Positions 1-6,536 of a stretch of DNA of 29,884 nt are shown in pieces. Under the pieces are notes generated by a model that saw only the letters and a program-made list of their open reading frames with translations, searched no databases and was not told the origin of the DNA. Both the position numbers and the translations under genes were made by a program. Source of the stretch: a virus (lineage: Duplodnaviria; Caudoviricetes); the IMG/VR virus record IMGVR_UViG_3300048831_000020, positions 1 through 29,884 of that record; one strand, 5' to 3'. Each line of letters starts with the position of its first letter. The stretch's first letter is position 1.

Positions 1-124
1 TCACAGGCGGCAGCCACTCACCCGGCGTCCACGTCCCGTCTGCGTTCTGGGTCGGCATGTAGTCGGAGTAGTCACCGTGACCGTAGGCCCCGGCGGTGCC
101 GTTGAAGGTCTTGTAGTCAGTCAT
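1..124 (-). CDS. 5' fragment of a second copy of the 117..797 gene (runs off the window)
   Basis: ATG at 124 overlaps the upstream stop (ATGACTGA); encodes MTDYKTFNGTAGAYGHGDYSDYMPTQNADGTWTPGEWLPPV, identical to the N-terminus of 117..797. Confidence 0.7.
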   Translation of the reverse strand, partial: MTDYKTFNGTAGAYGHGDYSDYMPTQNADGTWTPGEWLPPV

Positions 125-127
125 CCC
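1..127. repeat. 127-bp perfect direct repeat, copy 1 (copy 2 at 674..800)
   Basis: Base-by-base identity at offset 673; the copies diverge at 128 (c) vs 801 (a). Confidence 0.95.
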
Positions 128-797
128 CGCCCCTTTCCACGAGCGGTCCCACCGCGCCGTTGAGGTAGCGGGCGAGGAGGGCGGCCTGAGCGGCGGCCCC
201 AGCGGCGGCCCCAGCGGCGTCCCAAACGGTGGCCCGAGCGGCGTCCCAAACGGTGGCCACAGCGGCGGCCCAAGCGGCGTCCCAAACGGTGGCCAGATCG
301 GTGGCCCGAGCGGCGTCCCCAGCGGCGGCCCCAGCGGCGTCCCAAGCGGTGGCCAGAGCGGCGTCCCGAGCGGCGGCCCACTCCTCGCCGTATTCAGCAT
401 ACGCGACGCATACATCGAGAACGGCGTGCGTCAGTTCCGGGTCTTCCGTCAAGTGCGCCACCTGCCTCGCGCAGTCGACTGCGAACAGCCGTAGGTTCGT
501 CTCGTTGTACGCCTCCACCGGGAACAGCAGCCGGATGGTCCCAGACGCGCACTTGTCATCGCCGCGAACCGTCTCGCCGTCGGGCTCGATGACGTAGCAG
601 GTTTCGCCGAGGTGACGGAGCAGTTGCAACTCACCGTCGCACCAGTGATAGCCGGACTCGCACAGCCTCGGCTTCACAGGCGGCAGCCACTCACCCGGCG
701 TCCACGTCCCGTCTGCGTTCTGGGTCGGCATGTAGTCGGAGTAGTCACCGTGACCGTAGGCCCCGGCGGTGCCGTTGAAGGTCTTGTAGTCAGTCAT
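117..797 (-). CDS. Phage protein with helical LRLFAVDCA segment (Imm5-like) and C-terminal Ala-rich xDAA/xAAA tetrapeptide repeats
   Basis: 226-aa ORF coupled by ATGA overlap to the upstream gene; repeats WAAA-RDAA-LATA-WDAA-GAAA are typical of a widespread phage family. Confidence 0.8.
   Translation of the reverse strand: MTDYKTFNGTAGAYGHGDYSDYMPTQNADGTWTPGEWLPPVKPRLCESGYHWCDGELQLLRHLGETCYVIEPDGETVRGDDKCASGTIRLLFPVEAYNETNLRLFAVDCARQVAHLTEDPELTHAVLDVCVAYAEYGEEWAAARDAALATAWDAAGAAAGDAARATDLATVWDAAWAAAVATVWDAARATVWDAAGAAAGAAAQAALLARYLNGAVGPLVERGGDD
181..380 (-). repeat. Degenerate 12-nt coding tandem repeat, about 16-17 units
   Basis: Units such as gcggcgtcccaa, gcggcggcccca and acggtggcccga. 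Confidence 0.9.
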
Positions 798-800
798 CCC
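674..800. repeat. 127-bp perfect direct repeat, copy 2
   Basis: Identical to 1..127. Confidence 0.95.
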
Positions 801-997
801 ATCACTCCGATCCGGTTCGTTCTCAGTCCCCGCGCCGCGAACGGCTCAGACTCGGGCCAGTCCAGCCACGCGGGACTTGCCTTGACGATGCGCCTACCGA
901 CGCGGACGAAGACGCTGCTTGCGGTCTGGCGCACGAGCTCGACCTTGGTTCCGGGCGGGAGTGGGCCTGGCCAGGATTCGTTGGTGGTGAGGGTCAT
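794..997 (-). CDS. Small hypothetical protein, possibly SH3-like beta barrel
   Basis: ATG at 997 after a purine-rich RBS-like stretch; LPPGTKVELV...VFVRV pattern; stop overlaps the next ATG. Confidence 0.6.
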   Translation of the reverse strand: MTLTTNESWPGPLPPGTKVELVRQTASSVFVRVGRRIVKASPAWLDWPESEPFAARGLRTNRIGVMG

Positions 998-1043
998 GCT
1001 CCGTCCTTCACGTACTCGCACACCGGACAGTGCCCGTCAGGGG

Positions 1044-2024
1044 TCATAGGGTGAGGGGGTCGAGGTCGATCGCCTGCGGCTGCCCCGCGAACCAACTCTC
1101 GAACCTGCCGGCCAGACCTTCGGGGACAGAGTACGTCCATCCTCCGCCGTCCTTCTTCGGGAGCTTCTTGGCGACCTCAAGGACGGGGTGGTTGCTGGGG
1201 ATGCACGGCGATCCCATCAGCGTGTTTCCGGTGGTCGGGTCGGTATGGTGGTAGTCGCAGTAGGAGCATTGCCAAGGGCAATCGAACGTGACCGAGGTCA
1301 ACTCCTTGCGCGGCTGTCCTGACGCCTTGCGCCAGTGCGCGGTGAACTTCTCCGGCAGGATCGGGGGAAGGGTCGCGGTCTTCAGGGTGTGCCCCTCCAC
1401 ACCTTTGTACCAGACCTCGAGCGCGTCCATCCTCGGCTGGGCCTCATGCCGCCAGGTGTCGAGCGCGAAACGGCACTCGACGGGCGGATTGCTGCCGCCC
1501 CTGTCGATGTACTCGATGATCGCCTCGTTCTCCGGCCTCACGGTCGCGTAGACGCCGATCTGGATGCAGTTGTCCTCCTTCGGGAACTGCTCCGAGAACT
1601 TGAAGGCGTTTGGGCGCACGGTCTTGGCGTCGTAGAGGACGGTCCCCTCCTCGTCCACGTTCGGGCGGATGATCGCGTCGACCCTCCCGGCCCACGGCGG
1701 GTCCATCACCGAGAGCTCGTGCGCTACGAGGATGCCGGCCCACTGCATCGCCTCATAGGTGACGTAGTGGAGGCGGTAGGCGACCCAGAACATGAGGGCT
1801 TCGTTCGCTGCCGTGAGGGCGCCCTGGGTCTTCTTCGGTGCCCCCATGATGCGCAGGCAGGTCGCGCGCGGGCAGAACGACACCTCCGAAGCGTGGAGCC
1901 GGTCGGATTCCCAGTCGTCCTGCCCGGCGTGCTTGGGGTCGAGCCCCATGTCCTCGCCGCTCTTCAGGTAGGCGTGCCTGAGCTCGGCGAGAGTGGGGAA
2001 GTCCCCCTTCAGCGTGTGGTACAT
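1044..2024 (-). CDS. Cas4-like / RecB-family PD-(D/E)xK exonuclease with probable Fe-S cluster
   Basis: HASEVSFCPR, GRVDAII, YDAKT, QIGVY (QxxxY) and C-terminal CPWQCSYC; RBS GAGGAGG. Confidence 0.8.
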   Translation of the reverse strand: MYHTLKGDFPTLAELRHAYLKSGEDMGLDPKHAGQDDWESDRLHASEVSFCPRATCLRIMGAPKKTQGALTAANEALMFWVAYRLHYVTYEAMQWAGILVAHELSVMDPPWAGRVDAIIRPNVDEEGTVLYDAKTVRPNAFKFSEQFPKEDNCIQIGVYATVRPENEAIIEYIDRGGSNPPVECRFALDTWRHEAQPRMDALEVWYKGVEGHTLKTATLPPILPEKFTAHWRKASGQPRKELTSVTFDCPWQCSYCDYHHTDPTTGNTLMGSPCIPSNHPVLEVAKKLPKKDGGGWTYSVPEGLAGRFESWFAGQPQAIDLDPLTL

Positions 2025-2082
2025 GCGTCCTCCTCAGTAACATATATCAAAACCGCAAGCGTGTCCCTGATCTAGGCCAGGG

Positions 2083-2658
2083 TCAGCTCAGAAAAGGAAT
2101 GTCGTCGTCGGTGTCCTCGTCCACGGCGTCGAGCTTCTCCCGCGCATCGGCGATGATGTCCTCGCCGGTCAGGGCGGAAAGGATGTGCTTGAACCACGTA
2201 TCCCACACGGGGATGAGCGTCTCGGTGTCGCCGCCCTGGCGGATTTCGGCGCAGACGATCTGCGTGGAGTCGTTGGCGGCGGTCTGGCGTGCGCTCAGGT
2301 TCGGGTCGAACGGGGCCTTCTGGCTCCCTTGGGCGACGGGGGCCGTGCTCTGAGCCCCCTGCTTTGCGGGCAGGACGGAGGTTGCGGTGCGGTAGATAAC
2401 CTGCTGGCCGTTGTACATCTTCGGCTGCCCGTTCGGTTCGGTCGCGTACTTCTCGGTGTACGCGACGTCGACCACGGCGCCGGCCACGCAGTCCGAGAAG
2501 TAGATCTCGTCGAAGACGGAGATGTTGAGCCAGGTCCCGTCTGCGTTCTTGATGCCAAGCGCCTTGAAGGTCGCCGCCTCCCCGCTCTTGCGGCGATACT
2601 CGACGTCCTTGACGTTCTCGATCTTCACTTGTGCGTTGATCACGGGTAGGTCGCTCAC
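2083..2658 (-). CDS. Single-stranded DNA-binding protein (OB-fold-like, acidic tail)
   Basis: Beta-rich N-terminus, acidic tail DEDTDDDIPF(LS), adjacent to an exonuclease. Confidence 0.7.
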   Translation of the reverse strand: MSDLPVINAQVKIENVKDVEYRRKSGEAATFKALGIKNADGTWLNISVFDEIYFSDCVAGAVVDVAYTEKYATEPNGQPKMYNGQQVIYRTATSVLPAKQGAQSTAPVAQGSQKAPFDPNLSARQTAANDSTQIVCAEIRQGGDTETLIPVWDTWFKHILSALTGEDIIADAREKLDAVDEDTDDDIPFLS

Positions 2659-2867
2659 GGCGTCCCTCCATATCGTCTCACCTTACAGGCGTCGCACTGC
2701 CGCCGCGTGGCGTACTTGTCATCTTTCTGGCAGCACACCGGCCAGCGCGGGTCGCCGGTCGGCTGCTCATACGGGCACCAGATGTCCCTCTGGAGCTCTT
2801 CGGCATAGGCTGCCGTCTTCTGGTCGTCTTCGTGCTGCTGGCGAAGCTCGTCGTGGCAGTCCATCAT
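2655..2867 (-). CDS. Small Cys-rich hypothetical protein
   Basis: MMDCHDELRQQ...CDACK, with 4-nt overlaps to both neighbours. Confidence 0.6.
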   Translation of the reverse strand: MMDCHDELRQQHEDDQKTAAYAEELQRDIWCPYEQPTGDPRWPVCCQKDDKYATRRQCDACKVRRYGGTP

Positions 2868-2989
2868 GCCGCCAGGGTCAGGAGGATGCAGAGCGCGAGC
2901 AGCACGCCGGCCGTCATCACGAACCAGGTGGCCCAGACGACGACGGCGTACAGCGGATCGGCGCGCCTCTTCCAGCGTCGGGCGCTCAT
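2864..2989 (-). CDS. 41-aa single-pass membrane protein
   Basis: MSARRWKRRADPLYAVVVWATWFVMTAGVLLALCILLTLAA; ATGA overlaps at both ends. Confidence 0.6.
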   Translation of the reverse strand: MSARRWKRRADPLYAVVVWATWFVMTAGVLLALCILLTLAA

Positions 2990-3249
2990 GGGTCGCACCG
3001 CAGGTCGGTGAGGCAGGACGTGCAGGGCAGGGGACCGCCGCACACCGGGCAGGACGGGCGGGCGTCACCCGATGCGGCGGCTTCCTCGGCGGCGCGGTCG
3101 GCGATGGCGCGCTCGAGGGCTGCATACTCCTCGGCGCTCAGGATCAGGTTCGTCCGGCTGCAAGCCGAGACGTACACCGGGCGGTTGAACGAGATTGTGC
3201 GCAGGCGGGATTCGCTCTCGGCGCTCACATCTACCTCGATTGGCTCCAC
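2986..3249 (-). CDS. Hypothetical protein with C-terminal Zn ribbon (CPVCG...CTSC)
   Basis: GTG at 3249 with RBS GAGGAGG; stop overlaps the next start. Confidence 0.6.
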   Translation of the reverse strand: MEPIEVDVSAESESRLRTISFNRPVYVSACSRTNLILSAEEYAALERAIADRAAEEAAASGDARPSCPVCGGPLPCTSCLTDLRCDP

Positions 3250-3250
3250 G

Positions 3251-3424
3251 TCAGACCTCCTCAAGTCTGGCATCGTAGCGGCGCTCCGCGCAGAACGTGC
3301 GCAGGGCCACGAGATCATCGTCCGCGAGCATTTCCCCACACGGGCACTGCCAGTGCTCACGGTCGAGCCCGAGCATATCCTCACTGGTACCGCCGCAGTG
3401 CGGGCAGACGGGCGGTTCGCTCAT
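3251..3424 (-). CDS. Small Zn-ribbon protein (CPHCG...CPCG)
   Basis: ATG at 3424 overlaps the stop of the HTH gene. Confidence 0.65.
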   Translation of the reverse strand: MSEPPVCPHCGGTSEDMLGLDREHWQCPCGEMLADDDLVALRTFCAERRYDARLEEV

Positions 3425-3642
3425 CGCTTGTGGGCCTCCATCCAGGCGGTGAAATCCTCCTCGCGGATACGCCATGTCTTCTGCCCGCCGGGGTTGGCGG
3501 TCGGGAAGGCGTATCCCTCGAGGTGGTCGGGGTGGTCGGGCTCGAGACGCTGCCGGATCGCGCCCACGGTCAGCCCGGAGCGCTGGCTAGCGTCTTGGAC
3601 GGTAAGCCAACCGTCCGGGGCTTGGGTGATACCCTTTCCCAT
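3421..3642 (-). CDS. Excisionase/MerR-like helix-turn-helix DNA-binding protein
   Basis: WLTVQDASQRSGLTVGAIRQRL...WRIREEDF; RBS AAGGGAG; directly downstream of a promoter. Confidence 0.8.
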   Translation of the reverse strand: MGKGITQAPDGWLTVQDASQRSGLTVGAIRQRLEPDHPDHLEGYAFPTANPGGQKTWRIREEDFTAWMEAHKR

Positions 3643-3671
3643 ATCTGTTCTCCCTTGGTAGTTTGTCACCA

Positions 3672-3700
3672 ACTGTACACCATGATGGTACCCGGCGCAA
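3672..3700 (-). promoter_or_regulatory. Sigma70-type promoter TTGCGC-N17-TACAGT
   Basis: Ideal 17-nt spacer, about 30 nt upstream of the HTH start; palindrome ACCATGATGGT in the spacer. Confidence 0.7.
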
Positions 3701-3723
3701 GGTGTGGGTAACCCTGCGCCGGG
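3691..3723 (-). terminator. 12-bp GC-rich hairpin closing the first leftward operon
   Basis: CCCGGCGCAGGG-loop-CCTTGCGCCGGG just after the stop at 3730; no clear U-tract. Confidence 0.5.
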
Positions 3724-3729
3724 CTTTGG

Positions 3730-3966
3730 TCACGATACGAAGCGACCGCGTTCGTTCTGGACGATGTGCAGGACGGAAGCCCAGGACCATTCCGAGCTCA
3801 GGCCGTCGAGGTCGTCTCGCACCTTCGGATACTGGCAGTTCATGCCGACGATCTGCGCCGGCCTGCCGTTGAGGGTGATCCCGGTCTCATGCGTGAGGGC
3901 TTCGCGGACCTGGAGGTTGTGAGCGGGGTATCCGCGCTCCAGCAGGGATGTGAGCTCAGGCTGCAT
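3730..3966 (-). CDS. Hypothetical phage protein
   Basis: 78-aa ORF with RBS GAGGAGG; EWSWASV...F C-terminal motif. Confidence 0.7.
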   Translation of the reverse strand: MQPELTSLLERGYPAHNLQVREALTHETGITLNGRPAQIVGMNCQYPKVRDDLDGLSSEWSWASVLHIVQNERGRFVS

Positions 3967-3968
3967 GG

Positions 3969-4295
3969 TCAGTCCTCCTCATCTTTCCACGTGTCGACCC
4001 ACGCGGCTGCGATCTCTTCCCAGTCGACATCTTCGAGGGTGTCCCCGTCGTCGGCGCGGAGGTCTCCGAAGCTGCCGGTCTCATCACTGTCGTTCCACGG
4101 CTGCGCCCATATGGCCTCGACGTAGGAGCGGATACTCACGGCGAGTTCCTCGGTCGCCTCTTCGGGGGTGTTGGAGACGAGGGCGCGGTGGGTGAGGGAA
4201 ACGAGGTCGTGATAGAAACCCTCGTCGTTGTCGAGCCACAGATTCACGTTCCATGTGGCATAGTTGCTCCAGCCGTTGTATGTCGTGTCGGTCAT
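3969..4295 (-). CDS. Conserved acidic early phage protein (YNGWSNYATWNVNLW motif)
   Basis: Recognisable N-terminal motif, VDWEEIA C-terminus, very Asp/Glu-rich. Confidence 0.8.
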   Translation of the reverse strand: MTDTTYNGWSNYATWNVNLWLDNDEGFYHDLVSLTHRALVSNTPEEATEELAVSIRSYVEAIWAQPWNDSDETGSFGDLRADDGDTLEDVDWEEIAAAWVDTWKDEED

Positions 4296-4456
4296 GACTT
4301 CCTCTCTTCGACAGCGGCGGCGAAGCGGTCATACTCGAAGCGGTCGTTGTCGTCCTCGAACATGCGACCGAACTTGACGCAGAGATCACGGCGCGTCTTG
4401 GGATTCGTCACGGTCGCGAGAATCTCGGCAATCTTGATGTAGTCCTTGCGAGTCAT
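4292..4456 (-). CDS. Conserved small phage protein (MTRKDY...NDRFEYDRF)
   Basis: ATG at 4456 with RBS GAGGAGG; stop overlaps the next ATG. Confidence 0.75.
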   Translation of the reverse strand: MTRKDYIKIAEILATVTNPKTRRDLCVKFGRMFEDDNDRFEYDRFAAAVEERKS

Positions 4457-4467
4457 CGGTCCCCTCC

Positions 4468-4596
4468 TCAGTCGGCGTTCAGGGTCAGTGTGGCGATCCG
4501 GCGGAGCCGGCGCCGGGCGATCTGCACGCGCTTGCGGTCGTTCTGGAGCTTGCGCTTGCGGGCGCGGTCGCGCTGGGTCTTGTGGTCGATGCTCAC
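4468..4596 (-). CDS. Small Arg/Lys-rich protein
   Basis: GTG at 4596 with RBS GAGGAGG; RDRARKRKLQNDRKRVQIARRRLRR. Confidence 0.6.
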   Translation of the reverse strand: MSIDHKTQRDRARKRKLQNDRKRVQIARRRLRRIATLTLNAD

Positions 4597-4607
4597 GGGG
4601 TCCTCCT

Positions 4608-4919
4608 CTAGACCTGGTAACTGGGCACGTGGGCGGAGTAGCTGGAGAGGTACTCGCGCCACTTGCGTTGGTGGGTCGTGACGTGGGCGAGGTAGGGGAC
4701 GGCGGAGGTGATACGGGCGCTCCCGGCGAGCTTGACGGCCTCGAGGGTCGCCTCCCGTTCTGATATCGGCCGATTGGTGAAAATCCAGAAGCCATGATCG
4801 ACGACGTAGGCGCCGGAGCGCTTGCGCGTAGTGAAGGTCCAGACGTGGGGCGTGTTCTGGCCGATGTAACCGCGTCCGAGGTAGGGGCGCTCACGGATGG
4901 TTTCGGTACGGTCGCGCAT
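4608..4919 (-). CDS. Hypothetical protein
   Basis: 103-aa ORF, RBS GGAGG, packed in the operon. Confidence 0.7.
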   Translation of the reverse strand: MRDRTETIRERPYLGRGYIGQNTPHVWTFTTRKRSGAYVVDHGFWIFTNRPISEREATLEAVKLAGSARITSAVPYLAHVTTHQRKWREYLSSYSAHVPSYQV

Positions 4920-4922
4920 GGT

Positions 4923-5240
4923 TCATTCCTCCGGGTTGTCGTCGCGCGAGAGCTCGAGGCATGACGGGCACAGCGGCCGGCTGCCGTCGTCGGTCGGGCG
5001 GTAGGTCGCGGCGCTTCGAAGGACGTCCTGCCCGCATACCTCACACATCACAAGAGGGTCATCGAGCGGGTAGGCTTCCGGAATACGCTCCTCGCAGTGG
5101 TCGCAGAAGAGCAAAGCATCCCCGTAGTTGATCTCCGCGCCGATGATGTACCACTGGGGGTCATCGGGGTCGATGGTGAGTTTGTCGGCCTGGCTCGCGC
5201 CGAAGCTCGCGAGGTAGAAGCTCTGTCGCTCATCTGGCAT
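4923..5240 (-). CDS. Hypothetical protein with CxxC motifs, first gene of the leftward arm
   Basis: FCDHC, CEVCG, LCPSC; RBS GAGGAGG. Confidence 0.75.
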   Translation of the reverse strand: MPDERQSFYLASFGASQADKLTIDPDDPQWYIIGAEINYGDALLFCDHCEERIPEAYPLDDPLVMCEVCGQDVLRSAATYRPTDDGSRPLCPSCLELSRDDNPEE

Positions 5241-5281
5241 GGTGGGCCTCCTCAGTCGGGGTTGATACCACTACGCTACCC

Positions 5282-5309
5282 ACATTAGCACACCTTAGAC
5301 AGTGTGCAA
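5282..5309 (-). promoter_or_regulatory. Leftward promoter TTGCAC-N16-TAATGT (extended -10 TG) with overlapping inverted repeat
   Basis: About 40 nt upstream of ATG 5240; GCACAC-N8-GTGTGC at 5288..5307. Confidence 0.6.
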
Positions 5310-5827
5310 GCAAGTCGTCCGATTCGGCAGAACGTTCATTCAACGGACGCGGCAGGTGCGGAGCGAGGGGCCACAAGCTGCGGCCGGCGGGTGGCCCATT
5401 CTGTAGGGGAAGGCAAGAGGTAGGGAAGGGGAAGTAAAGAGATCGCCACCCGGCACCCTCGGTGATGAGAATGATTAAACGGTCATTTAACCTTGAACGA
5501 CTGTTCTATTGTCCAGAATGCGGGACAAGTGACTGCCCACGCAGGCGGGACCCAGGGGACTGCCCAGCCCTGGCTAGCTGGAGATCCACTGGGGAGGATT
5601 CCCCTGCACATGGGCACAATCCAGTGACTATCAATACCCGGGGTATTTGAAGCGTGACTCCCTCCCACCCCCGGGGAAGAGATGGTGGGTATCCACAACC
5701 CCGGACAACCCCGGACACACAAGGAGCCGATATTGCATCGCTCTGGAGCCCCCAGAACAGGCCCCCCCAAAATATTTTCAGAGGGGAAAAGACAGCCGGT
5801 ACGCCTGTGCGCGTACAGCCGGTACCC

Positions 5828-5857
5828 TTGACGTCGAACGCCTACCTGCGGTAGAAT
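5828..5857 (+). promoter_or_regulatory. Rightward promoter TTGACG-N18-TAGAAT
   Basis: Near-consensus boxes; RBS AAGGAGG and GTG at 5886 follow. Confidence 0.75.
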
Positions 5858-5885
5858 GACTTTACAGCCGATAAGGAGGCCGACA

Positions 5886-6188
5886 GTGGCATCGACGAAC
5901 GAACTGCGTTTCACCTTCTCCGATGAGGAGGTGGAGTTCATCCGCGCCAAGCCCAGAGGGTTCGTCCGTCGGCTCGTGCAGGAGTGTATGCAACCGCACG
6001 CGGACGGCACCGGATCGGTGGAGTGGGTCGTCTACCTGACCGCCGAGGAGTCTGAGTACGTGCGCGGCAGAAGGCTGACCGACAAGGCGGCGTGGTTCTC
6101 CAAGGTGGCGCGTATCAACATGGAGGCCCGCGCCTCCGGCAAGACGCCGTTCTACTGGCTGAGTCCGGAGGGGGAGGAGGACCTGTGA
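5886..6188 (+). CDS. Putative ribbon-helix-helix-like DNA-binding protein, two units
   Basis: LRFTFSDEEVEFIR and VVYLTAEESEYVR strand-helix patterns; strong RBS. Confidence 0.6.
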   Translation: MASTNELRFTFSDEEVEFIRAKPRGFVRRLVQECMQPHADGTGSVEWVVYLTAEESEYVRGRRLTDKAAWFSKVARINMEARASGKTPFYWLSPEGEEDL

Positions 6189-6349
6189 GGATCAAGCGCG
6201 ACGACATCGTGTGCGACTGGTGCGGTGCCGTCATCCCGGCTCCATCCAAGAAGTACACGGAGTTGCCTGATGGGTGGGGATGGGTCTTCCGCAAGGTGAT
6301 GTGCCCGCGCTGCGCCAAAGAGAGGCTTGAGATGGAGGCGAAGCCATGA
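6185..6349 (+). CDS. Small Zn-finger protein (CDWCG...CPRC)
   Basis: GTG overlaps the previous stop; RBS GGAGGAGG. Confidence 0.7.
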   Translation: MRIKRDDIVCDWCGAVIPAPSKKYTELPDGWGWVFRKVMCPRCAKERLEMEAKP

Positions 6350-6365
6350 GGCCGGAGGATGACCT

Positions 6366-6536
6366 GTGAGCACGAGGAAGATCAGCGTCACGCTCACCGA
6401 AGAGCAGTACCGGTTCGCGAAGCAGTGGGGCCGGCTGTGGCTGCGGGACGTCATCCAGTCGCTCATGGACTCCGGCTACGACGGGGAAATCCCTGAGCGG
6501 ATCGTCAGAAGGCCGTGGTGGAGGTTCTGGCGATGA
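6366..6536 (+). CDS. RHH-like small protein with C-terminal RRPWWRFW motif
   Basis: RKISVTLTEEQYRFAK; RBS GGAGG; stop overlaps the next ATG. Confidence 0.65.
   Translation: MSTRKISVTLTEEQYRFAKQWGRLWLRDVIQSLMDSGYDGEIPERIVRRPWWRFWR

Noticed and set aside
181-380. CRISPR array next to a Cas4-like gene
   Set aside because: Contiguous 12-nt in-frame coding repeats with no unique spacers; no cas1/cas2
1-800. Diversity-generating retroelement TR/VR pair
   Set aside because: The copies are identical with no adenine-specific mismatches, lie at gene 5' ends, and no reverse transcriptase is in the window
2030-2075. Internal promoter upstream of the exonuclease
   Set aside because: AT-rich with TATGTT but only a poor -35 (GGGACA); insufficient support
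2522-3711. Long plus-strand ORFs 2522..3661 and 2866..3711
   Set aside because: Arg/Ala-rich shadows opposite a coupled chain of minus-strand genes
5462-6010. ORFs 5462..5650, 5483..6010, 5506..5718, 5647..5859 and 5654..5854
   Set aside because: Atypical codon usage, mutual overlaps and no clear RBS; 5462..5650 has a CPECG motif and cannot be fully excluded
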